From: Marinicrinis lubricantis
GTDB taxonomy: Bacteria; Bacillota; Bacilli; Paenibacillales; KCTC-33676
NCBI RefSeq assembly: GCF_965137935.1
Contig: NZ_CBCSCT010000001.1
DNA length: 32,000 nucleotides
Reading direction: 5' to 3' (one strand)
In this document: one piece after another, positions 24,524 to 32,000 of the stretch
How positions within the stretch are numbered: position 1 is the first letter of the stretch
Layout: every line of letters starts with the position of its first letter
Made by a program: the position numbers and the translations under genes
The notes under the pieces: generated by a model
Told to the model about the DNA's origin: nothing
The model's input: only the letters and a program-made list of their open reading frames with translations
Database searches by the model: none

Positions 24524-25306
24524 ATGGTGCAATGGTTTTTAGATCACCTGCCACATGTTCTGCTTGTTTTTTGTCGAATCACATCTTTTTTTGTCGTGGC
24601 ACCCATATATTCCTATCGCGGAGTGCCTGCGCCATTTAAGATTGGCTTCTCTAGCTTTATTGCATTGATCACATTTGCAGCCATTTCATTTGATGAGCCC
24701 GTTACGTGGACGCTGAGCATCATTCCATTAATATTGAAGGAAGTCGCCGTAGGATTGATGCTGGGCTTTTTGGCCTATTTGTTTTTTACGGTGGTACAAA
24801 TTGCCGGATCCTTTATTGATATGCAGATGGGTTTGGGGATTGCTAACGTGGTGGATCCGATGACAGGCGCACAAAGCCCGATCATCGGTAATTTCAAATT
24901 TTATCTGATGACTTTAATTTTTCTATCGATGAACGGTCATCATTATTTGATTACTGCGATTATGAAGAGCTATCAGTGGGTTCCGATCAACAGCTTGTTT
25001 TTTGCCAACTTGGAGAATGGAAGCATCAGCGAATTTATTTTGAACATATTTATTCAGTGCTTTACATTTGCTTTTCAAATGTCAGCGCCGATTATTGCCG
25101 CTTTGTTCTTAACCGATGTGGCGCTTGGGATTCTAGCAAAAACTTCACCACAGTTTAATGTTTTTGTCATCGGTTTGCCGCTGAAAATCATTGTTGGTTT
25201 CTTGCTGCTGATTGTGGTCATTCCAGGCCTGCTATATTTATTTACACAACTGTTCGAATCCATGTTTCAGGAAATGGAGCGATTTCTTAAAATCATGGGA
25301 GCTTAA
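24524..25306 (+). CDS. fliR: Flagellar type III export apparatus protein FliR
   Basis: 260-aa polytopic membrane protein with FliR blocks (FCRITSFFVVAPI, AGSFIDMQMGLGIANVVDP, FLTDVALGILAKTSPQFNVF). Confidence 0.94.
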   Translation: MVQWFLDHLPHVLLVFCRITSFFVVAPIYSYRGVPAPFKIGFSSFIALITFAAISFDEPVTWTLSIIPLILKEVAVGLMLGFLAYLFFTVVQIAGSFIDMQMGLGIANVVDPMTGAQSPIIGNFKFYLMTLIFLSMNGHHYLITAIMKSYQWVPINSLFFANLENGSISEFILNIFIQCFTFAFQMSAPIIAALFLTDVALGILAKTSPQFNVFVIGLPLKIIVGFLLLIVVIPGLLYLFTQLFESMFQEMERFLKIMGA

Positions 25307-25320
25307 GTGAGGGGGAGAAG

Positions 25321-26433
25321 ATGAGGGTGACTACCTTCGAGCCGCGGATGCGGATGAATCTTCAGTTTTTTTCGCAAGAAAAAACAGAGAAGGCTACCCC
25401 GAAAAAGCGCAGCGATTCTCGTAAAAAAGGTCAGGTTGCCAAAACCGCTGAACTGCCCAGTGCACTCATTTTATTGTTCAGCTTTTTAACTCTATTTTTT
25501 TTGGGCGGTTATTTTAAAGAGAGAATTCATCATCTTTTCCTGCTGACGTTCAACAAATATATGGTGATGGATGTAAGTATTCATACGGTCTTGGCCATGG
25601 CCAGCGAGGTCATATGGCAAATTCTTCTGCTGCTTATGCCGATTATGTTGGTCGCCGTTTTATTTGGATTTATCGGGAACTACGTCCAATTCGGACTGCT
25701 CTTTACAGGCGAACCTTTAAAAATGAAGCTGAACAAGCTGAATCCGATTGAAGGCTTTAAACGTATATTCGGGCTTCGTTCTTTAGTAGAACTGTTAAAA
25801 TCGATTATTAAATTGCTCGTAATCGGTCTTGTCGTTTTTTATACGATATGGAAAGAAAAGGACAACATTCTCGCTTTAGCGACCGTCCCGCTGGATCATA
25901 TCTATTCGTATATTGCGGGCTTGACTCTAAATCTCGGACTTCAGATTGGCGTATTGCTCATTGTACTTGCTGTACTGGATTATTTCTATCAAAAATACGA
26001 ATACGAGAAAGGTTTGAAGATGTCCAAGCAGGACATTAAAGATGAGTACAAAAAAGCGGAGGGTGACCCTAAAATTAAAGGCAAGATTCGCGAGCGTCAA
26101 CGCCGAATGGCGATGCAGCGAATGATGCAGGAGATACCGAATGCGGATGTCGTCATTACGAACCCAACGCATTTTGCTGTAGCAATTAAATATGACAATC
26201 AACAGATGGATGCCCCCACTGTGATTGCAAAGGGTCAGGACTTTTTAGCTTTAAAAATTAGAGAGAAAGCGAAAGAGCATGGAATTATGACGATGGAAAA
26301 TAAACCTCTCGCCAGAGCGTTGTATCACCAAGTTGAAATCGGGGAAGCGATTCCTGCCGAATTATTCCAAGCTGTGGCCGAAGTTTTAGCATATGTATAC
26401 AAGTTGCAAGGAAAAACGTCGAGTAATTCATGA
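25321..26433 (+). CDS. flhB: Flagellar type III export switch protein FlhB
   Basis: It has LQFFSQEKTEKATPKKRSDSRKKGQVAKT at the N-terminus, four TMs, and the autocleavage motif NPTHFAVAIKY. GAGGGGGAG lies upstream of ATG 25321. Confidence 0.95.
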   Translation: MRVTTFEPRMRMNLQFFSQEKTEKATPKKRSDSRKKGQVAKTAELPSALILLFSFLTLFFLGGYFKERIHHLFLLTFNKYMVMDVSIHTVLAMASEVIWQILLLLMPIMLVAVLFGFIGNYVQFGLLFTGEPLKMKLNKLNPIEGFKRIFGLRSLVELLKSIIKLLVIGLVVFYTIWKEKDNILALATVPLDHIYSYIAGLTLNLGLQIGVLLIVLAVLDYFYQKYEYEKGLKMSKQDIKDEYKKAEGDPKIKGKIRERQRRMAMQRMMQEIPNADVVITNPTHFAVAIKYDNQQMDAPTVIAKGQDFLALKIREKAKEHGIMTMENKPLARALYHQVEIGEAIPAELFQAVAEVLAYVYKLQGKTSSNS

Positions 26434-26464
26434 TTGCTGCTAGTTCATGAGGAGGACCTAAAGG

Positions 26465-28498
26465 GTGAAACCAAGAGATCTGCTAATATTAATTGGCATC
26501 ATAGGCATCGTATTAATGATGGTATTGCCGCTGCCGACAATACTGCTGGATGTCCTTCTAATCATCAATATCTCGTTAGCCTTAACGATCCTGTTGCTAG
26601 CTATGAATACGCAGGATGCATTACAGTTTTCTATTTTCCCTGCGATTTTATTGGTAACCACCTTGTTCCGTCTGGCACTTAATGTTTCCTCAACAAGATT
26701 GATTTTATCCGAAGGCCATGCAGGGGACGTCATTACCACGTTCGGGAGCTTCGTCGCCGGCGGCGAATTAGCTGTCGGGTTTGTCGTATTTTTGATTCTC
26801 GTCATTGTGCAGTTCCTGGTCATTACCAAAGGATCGGAACGGGTTGCAGAAGTCGCGGCACGTTTTACATTGGATGCGATGCCAGGGAAGCAAATGAGTA
26901 TTGATGCTGATTTAAATGCTGGATTGATCAACGAACAGCAGGCTAAGGAAAGACGGGAAAAAATTGAGAAGGAAGCCGACTTTTATGGAGCGATGGACGG
27001 TGCGAGTAAATTCGTTAAAGGAGACGCCATTGCGGGGATCATTATCCTGCTCATAAACTTGATCGGCGGATTTGCGATCGGGATGGCGAGCGAAGGATTG
27101 TCCTTCAACGAGGCGATTTCCAAATACTCCATTTTAACGATCGGGGACGGATTAGTCAGCCAAATTCCTGCACTGCTTATTTCTACGGCTGCTGGTATTA
27201 TTGTGACACGCTCGGCATCTGACGGTAATTTTGCGGAGGATATCTCTTCACAGCTGCTCAGCTATCCTAAACTGCTTTACATCGTCGCCGGAACGATAAC
27301 GGTATTGGGTCTTTTTACCCCAATTGGTCCTGTGACGACATTACCGATTGCCGCTATTCTCGTTTTCGCTTCTTATCGTATCCAGAAAACGATGAATAAA
27401 CAGCAGGCTGAAGCCAGTCAAATGGTAGAGGAACAGGAAATTGAGGAGGTTCGCAGCCCAGAGAGTGTAGTAAATCTGCTGCAGGTTGATCCTATTGAAT
27501 TTGAGTTCGGATACGGGCTCATTCCTTTGGCTGATGCTCAGCAGGGAGGAGACTTGTTAGACCGGATTATTATGATCCGCAGACAATGTGCTTTGGAACT
27601 AGGACTTGTGGTTCCTGTGATCCGTATTCGCGACAATATTCAACTAAAACCGAATGAATATGTCATTAAAATTAAAGGAAATACGATCGCGCATGGTGAA
27701 TTATTACTTAATCACTATTTGGCGATGAGTTCAGGACTAGATGATGATACTATTACTGGAATCGAAACGACAGAGCCTGCTTTCGGACTGCCTGCATTGT
27801 GGATCGACGAAGCAATGAAGGAGAGAGCTGAAATGTCCGGTTATACGATCGTCGACCCTCCGTCCGTGGTTGCCACTCATCTTACGGAAATGATCAAGCG
27901 TCATGCTTATGAACTCGTGGGCAGACAGGAGACGAAAATGCTGGTCGATCATTTGAAGGAAAGCTCTCCTGCTTTGGTTGACGAATTGATTCCGAATATT
28001 TTGTCGATTGGTGACGTTCAAAAAGTACTTGTCCGCCTTTTGAAGGAAAAGATATCGATCAGAGACTTGGTCACGATTTTCGAAACGCTGGCGGACTATG
28101 GAACCTACACGAAGGATCACGATATTTTAACGGAATATGTTAGACAAGCCTTGTCGAGGCAAATTACACATCAATTTGTCGGTAATGAAGAGGTGCTCCG
28201 GGTGGTCACGATCAGCCCCGCTGTGGAGAAGAAAATTGCTGAAGCGGTTCAACAGACCGATCAAGGCTCTTATCTTGCTTTAGATCCGATGACCAGTCAA
28301 TCCATTATTCGCAAAATGAATGACGAACTGCAAAAGCTGCTGCAGATCGGCCAACAGCCAATCGTTTTGGCATCTCCTACGGTTCGCATGTATTTGCGGG
28401 GTCTCATGGAAAGAGTCATGCCGGATATCCCGGTATTGTCTTACAATGAACTGGAATCCAACGTTGAGGTACAAAGTATTGGGGTGGTGAACATATGA
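26465..28498 (+). CDS. flhA: Flagellar type III export gate protein FlhA
   Basis: 677 aa with a GTG start 8 nt after GAGGAGGA. It has conserved FlhA blocks (FPAILLVTTLFRLALNVSSTRLIL, RVAEVAARFTLDAMPGKQMSIDADL, FYGAMDGASKFVKGDAIAG) and a cytoplasmic C-domain. Confidence 0.96.
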   Translation: MKPRDLLILIGIIGIVLMMVLPLPTILLDVLLIINISLALTILLLAMNTQDALQFSIFPAILLVTTLFRLALNVSSTRLILSEGHAGDVITTFGSFVAGGELAVGFVVFLILVIVQFLVITKGSERVAEVAARFTLDAMPGKQMSIDADLNAGLINEQQAKERREKIEKEADFYGAMDGASKFVKGDAIAGIIILLINLIGGFAIGMASEGLSFNEAISKYSILTIGDGLVSQIPALLISTAAGIIVTRSASDGNFAEDISSQLLSYPKLLYIVAGTITVLGLFTPIGPVTTLPIAAILVFASYRIQKTMNKQQAEASQMVEEQEIEEVRSPESVVNLLQVDPIEFEFGYGLIPLADAQQGGDLLDRIIMIRRQCALELGLVVPVIRIRDNIQLKPNEYVIKIKGNTIAHGELLLNHYLAMSSGLDDDTITGIETTEPAFGLPALWIDEAMKERAEMSGYTIVDPPSVVATHLTEMIKRHAYELVGRQETKMLVDHLKESSPALVDELIPNILSIGDVQKVLVRLLKEKISIRDLVTIFETLADYGTYTKDHDILTEYVRQALSRQITHQFVGNEEVLRVVTISPAVEKKIAEAVQQTDQGSYLALDPMTSQSIIRKMNDELQKLLQIGQQPIVLASPTVRMYLRGLMERVMPDIPVLSYNELESNVEVQSIGVVNI

Positions 28499-29781
28499 GA
28501 GTAAAGCGCTATTTGGTAGACACCATGCCAGATGCCTTGCATAAAATACGGGCCGATCTAGGTAAGGATGCTGTCATTATTAATACGAAGGAAATCAAAG
28601 TTGGCGGCTTTTTAGGTTTATTTCGCAAAAAGAAAATCGAAGTCATTGCCGCGCTGGATTCGAACGAGAAGCCTACGCCGGTAACGACCGCCGCTAATCT
28701 GGACAGCTTTACTGAAGCATTGAAGTCAGCCCAGACCAATGTACTGAAGCCGGAAGTAGAGAGTGCTATAGAACAGGCACCCATCATCCCGCCGGTAATG
28801 ACGGCTAGGTCGGAAAGGGTTTCGGCATCCACCAGGTATCAGCCAACGTATGAAAGGTCGTCCACGAACCGTCCATCCTCTTCTGAACCGATGGGTGAAC
28901 ATATATGGGATGAATTGAAGCAGTTGAAGGAAATGTTGAAGAAGTTAAACCATCTACAGACAGAGGGAACTCCGTCACTGCCTGAAGGGTTTCAGACTTA
29001 CAAAGAATTGCTGCTTCAACACGGGGTAATGCGTGAGATTGTCGACTCGATTATGGAACAGGCAATGGACGCAAATAAGTCTGCTGCGGGTCAAGCAGCA
29101 GAAGTCGCTTCAGAAGCCGTTCCTTTCATTCGCAGCGTGATGCAAAACATTCTTCCGGAGGAGAGGTTTGAGGGACTAAACGAACATGCCAGAATCGTCA
29201 ATTTTGTTGGACCAACCGGTGTCGGCAAGACCACCACGATTGCCAAACTAGCTGCTGAGCAGGTGTTGAAGCAAAATAAAAAGGTGGGCTTTATCACCTC
29301 TGACACTTACCGGATTTCTGCGGTGGAGCAGCTGAGGACCTATGCCAATATTTTGAATGTTCCTTTGGAAGTCGTTTTTTCACCGCAGGAATTAATCAAG
29401 GCCTTCCAAAAGCTCGAGGATTGCGACCTAATTTTTATGGATACGGCTGGAAGAAACTACCGCAATGAAATGTTTGTATCGGAATTAAACAGTTTGCTTT
29501 CATCACATGAGAGCAGTGAAACGTATCTTGTGCTGAGCTTGGCTGCTAAATACGCTGACATGAAATTGATTACGAAGAATTTCTCGAAATTTAAGCTGGA
29601 TAAGGTGTTATTCACGAAGCTGGATGAAACCGAAACGTATGGTGCGATTCTGAATATAGCCTATGAGTTCCCGCTCAAATTGTCTTATATAACGAATGGA
29701 CAAAACGTCCCTCAAGATATCGAATGCATGCAACAGAACGACATCTTAGAACTACTGTTGGGGGAAGATGGCCATGGTTGA
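28495..29781 (+). CDS. flhF: Flagellar biosynthesis SRP-type GTPase FlhF
   Basis: It has the N-terminal MRVKRYLVDTMPDALHKIRADLGKDAVI and a G-domain with [20 protein letters not shown] and TKLDET. Its start overlaps the flhA stop (ATGA). Confidence 0.94.
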   Translation: MRVKRYLVDTMPDALHKIRADLGKDAVIINTKEIKVGGFLGLFRKKKIEVIAALDSNEKPTPVTTAANLDSFTEALKSAQTNVLKPEVESAIEQAPIIPPVMTARSERVSASTRYQPTYERSSTNRPSSSEPMGEHIWDELKQLKEMLKKLNHLQTEGTPSLPEGFQTYKELLLQHGVMREIVDSIMEQAMDANKSAAGQAAEVASEAVPFIRSVMQNILPEERFEGLNEHARIVNFVGPTGVGKTTTIAKLAAEQVLKQNKKVGFITSDTYRISAVEQLRTYANILNVPLEVVFSPQELIKAFQKLEDCDLIFMDTAGRNYRNEMFVSELNSLLSSHESSETYLVLSLAAKYADMKLITKNFSKFKLDKVLFTKLDETETYGAILNIAYEFPLKLSYITNGQNVPQDIECMQQNDILELLLGEDGHG

Positions 29782-30646
29782 TCAGGCCCAGGCATTAAGA
29801 AATTTGGTGAAAGCGTCGGCGGTAGACGGTCAAGCGAAACAAACCAGAGTAATCACGGTGACAAGCGGTAAGGGCGGCGTCGGTAAATCAAACTTCACGC
29901 TCAATTTTGCCCTTGCACTTCAGTCTCAAGGCTATAAGGTTGTGATCTTTGATGCAGATATCGGTTTAGCCAATTTGGATGTATTGATGGGGATGTCGCC
30001 GCAATACCATCTGTATCATTTGCTGAAGAAAGAAAAAACGATCCATGAAATTATTCATCAAGGACCAGGCGGCTTGCAGCTCGTTGCCGGCGGCTCAGGG
30101 TTCAATGATTTACTGTCATTAACCGATGAGCAGCTGGAATATTTTGTAGAACAAGTAAGCCAGTTAAGCGGAGTGGTCGATTTTATTTTGTTCGATACGG
30201 GTGCGGGTTTGTCAAAAGAGACCTTAAAGTTTATCGTTTCCGCCGAACAGACCTTTGTCGTAACGACACCGGAACCGACTTCGATTACCGATGCCTATGC
30301 CATCATTAAAATGGTGCAGCAAATGGATCATCACAACGTTCAGTTTAAATTAGTCATTAATCGGGTGTCGGATTGGGAGGAAGGAAAAGCGACTTCGGAC
30401 AAAATCAGCTTTGTCGCTAAACGCTTCTTAGGTATTGATATTGAGACCGTCGGTTATGTTTCCGATGACAGCCACGTGTCTAAATCAGTTAAGAAACAGG
30501 TTCCCTTTTTGATCGAACATCCGTCCTGCTCAGCTTCTCGGGATATACAGCGTATAGCCAAACAATTTATTAGCGGCAGCACGATGAATGGCGAGCAGAC
30601 GGGTCTAAAAGGCTTTCTGACCAAAATGATACGCTTCATGAAATGA
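29768..30646 (+). CDS. flhG: MinD/ParA-type ATPase FlhG (YlxH)
   Basis: It has the deviant Walker A VTSGKGGVGKSNF and the ParA/MinD blocks VVIFDADIGLANLDVL and ILFDTGAG. It lies after flhF. The start is ATG 29768 or ATG 29774. Confidence 0.92.
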   Translation: MAMVDQAQALRNLVKASAVDGQAKQTRVITVTSGKGGVGKSNFTLNFALALQSQGYKVVIFDADIGLANLDVLMGMSPQYHLYHLLKKEKTIHEIIHQGPGGLQLVAGGSGFNDLLSLTDEQLEYFVEQVSQLSGVVDFILFDTGAGLSKETLKFIVSAEQTFVVTTPEPTSITDAYAIIKMVQQMDHHNVQFKLVINRVSDWEEGKATSDKISFVAKRFLGIDIETVGYVSDDSHVSKSVKKQVPFLIEHPSCSASRDIQRIAKQFISGSTMNGEQTGLKGFLTKMIRFMK

Positions 30647-30687
30647 TGGCTAACATCCAGATTTAAGCTTCATAGGGGTGATATGTG

Positions 30688-31749
30688 ATGAAACGGTATA
30701 AAATCATGGTCGTAGATGATTCAGCGTTCATGAGAAAAATGATATCTGACATGATAAGCAGCGATCCGCTGTTTGAAGTCGTATGTAAGGCAAAAAATGG
30801 CCAAGAAGCAGTTGAGCTGGTGAAAGTGCACAGCCCCGATGCGATTACAATGGATGTGCACATGCCGCTTATGGATGGTCTGGAAGCGCTGCGTCAAATC
30901 ATGAAGGTGCAGCCGACCCCTGTGATCATGCTTAGCAGTGAAACAGCGGAGGGTACAGAGGTTACCATTCAAGCTCTGCAAGCAGGAGCGATCGATTTTA
31001 TTCAAAAGCCTTCAGGTGCGATATCCTTGGACATTCATAAAGTAAGTTCAAATCTTTTGGAGAAGCTGAAGATTGCCGTAAACAGCCGCCAGAACATAGC
31101 CATGCCACCGGCTGTTTCTATAAGTCCAAAGCCTCCAATATTTCCGAAGAAGTCGGGAGATCGTTTTCATCAGTTGGTTGCAATTGGCACTTCAACAGGT
31201 GGTCCCAGAGCCCTTCAGCATGTTCTATCTGAAGTCCCTCAAGGGTTTCCTTCGCCGATCGTCATCGTGCAGCATATGCCGCCGAAGTTCACCTTGTCTT
31301 TAGCGCAGCGGCTGGACTCGATCTGCAGCATTCATGTGAAAGAGGCTGAGCACGAGGAAATGCTGAAGCCAGGTACAGCTTATATTGCTCCCGGTGGATA
31401 CCATATGAAGGTGAAAAGAAAAGGAACAGACTATCAAATTACTTTGTCGCAAGAAGAGCCGATGATGGGGCACAGGCCATCCGTTGACCGCTTGTTTGAA
31501 TCGATTGCCACTCTGCATGAACTGAAAAAATACGTTCTGCTGTTAACAGGGATGGGCAGTGACGGTGCTCGCGGAATGCAGGCGATTAAAAGTGAGGGTT
31601 CAGCGGTTACTTTCGCAGAATCCAAGGAGACCTGTGTTGTCTATGGGATGCCCAGATCAGCCGTTGAGCTTGGAGTTGTTGATCATGTTCTTCCGCTCCA
31701 AAGGGTGATGTCCAAGATGTTGGAAGTTTTTCAGGCGGTTGACAGCTAA
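30688..31749 (+). CDS. cheB: Chemotaxis protein-glutamate methylesterase/response regulator CheB
   Basis: It has an N-terminal receiver (IMVVDDSAFMRKM, ITMDVHMPLMDG). The C-terminal methylesterase domain has VAIGTSTGGPRAL, VIVQHMPPKFT and GMGSDGARG. The track begins at GTG 30685; the adjacent ATG 30688 is equally possible. Confidence 0.95.
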   Translation: MKRYKIMVVDDSAFMRKMISDMISSDPLFEVVCKAKNGQEAVELVKVHSPDAITMDVHMPLMDGLEALRQIMKVQPTPVIMLSSETAEGTEVTIQALQAGAIDFIQKPSGAISLDIHKVSSNLLEKLKIAVNSRQNIAMPPAVSISPKPPIFPKKSGDRFHQLVAIGTSTGGPRALQHVLSEVPQGFPSPIVIVQHMPPKFTLSLAQRLDSICSIHVKEAEHEEMLKPGTAYIAPGGYHMKVKRKGTDYQITLSQEEPMMGHRPSVDRLFESIATLHELKKYVLLLTGMGSDGARGMQAIKSEGSAVTFAESKETCVVYGMPRSAVELGVVDHVLPLQRVMSKMLEVFQAVDS

Positions 31750-31798
31750 GATGTTAACCGCATAAAGCCTGACCCATTATTTAAGGAGGTGCAAACAT

Positions 31799-32000
31799 AT
31801 GGAAGTGAATCAGTACTTATCCATGTTTATCGACGAATCCAAGGAACATCTTCAGGCGATGAATGAAAACCTGTTGAGTCTAGAGAGCAATCCAGAGGAT
31901 TTGTCGATCGTTCAGACTATTTTTCGTTCTGCTCATACCTTGAAGGGGATGTCGGCAACGATGGGGTTCGAAGATTTGGCTTCGTTAACCCATGAGACCG
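31799..32000 (+). CDS. cheA: Chemotaxis histidine kinase CheA, 5' end (HPt domain; truncated by window edge)
   Basis: It is not in the ORF track because no stop falls in the window. AAGGAGGTG (31783-31791) lies 7 nt before ATG 31799. My translation is MEVNQYLSMFIDESKEHLQAMNENLLSLESNPEDLSIVQTIFRSAHTLKGMSATMGFEDLASLTHET, which contains the phospho-His context SAHTLKG. Confidence 0.9.
   Translation, partial: MEVNQYLSMFIDESKEHLQAMNENLLSLESNPEDLSIVQTIFRSAHTLKGMSATMGFEDLASLTHET

Noticed and set aside
9595-31625. All remaining short antisense or alternative-frame track ORFs within flagellar and chemotaxis genes (e.g. 10705..11166-, 12685..13188-, 13295..13645-, 16032..16235+, 17095..17415-, 20143..20436-, 21677..22114-, 23128..23812-, 26434..26682+, 26458..26931-, 27737..28120-, 30721..31005-)
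   Set aside because: Each is fully nested in or overlaps a conserved, motif-bearing gene on the + strand. Their translations are low-complexity or motif-free. None has a start context better than the annotated genes.
8650-32000. Treating the fla/che block itself as a novel system
   Set aside because: Gene content, order and motifs are those of the canonical Bacillales fla/che operon. The deviations are an extra small conserved gene and some length differences. No foreign or unexplained ORFs lie between the genes.
1-32000. CRISPR arrays, tRNA/rRNA genes, riboswitches
   Set aside because: I saw no regularly spaced direct repeats, no cloverleaf-like or rRNA-like segments, and no long structured leaders. 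Intergenic space outside the transposon region is minimal.

Overview
This window looks like a Bacillales (Paenibacillus-like) core chromosome; the taxon guess rests on gene order and protein similarity recalled from memory. It runs from the 3' end of topA through trmFO, xerC(codV), hslV, hslU and codY. It then covers most of the fla/che flagellar-chemotaxis operon on the + strand: flgB, flgC, fliE, fliF, fliG, fliH, fliI, fliJ, ylxF-like, fliK, flgD, a small flagellar-operon gene, flgE, flbD, fliL, fliM, fliY, cheY, fliO/fliZ, fliP, fliQ, fliR, flhB, flhA, flhF, flhG, cheB and the 5' end of cheA. Genes are tightly packed, many junctions overlap, and most starts have strong Shine-Dalgarno sites. 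The only accessory DNA is an apparently intact element of about 3.0 kb (5373..8370, genes on the - strand). It sits exactly at the codY stop codon, between codY and its rho-independent terminator, upstream of flgB. It has TG...CA termini, inverted ends of about 70 bp each built from two sub-repeats, and a 6-bp direct target duplication (CTAACG). A near-consensus promoter lies inside one end. The three co-oriented genes encode a Zn-ribbon protein, an rve-type DDE transposase, and an ExeA/TniB-class AAA+ ATPase that is not a canonical IstB. I consider this trio, and its insertion just past the end of a conserved gene, the most interesting content; it is a compact element with Tn5053/Tn552/Tn7-like logic. 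I found no tRNA, rRNA, CRISPR array or defence-type locus, and the flagellar part looks ordinary. All homology statements are from reading the translations and from memory, since no searches were run.
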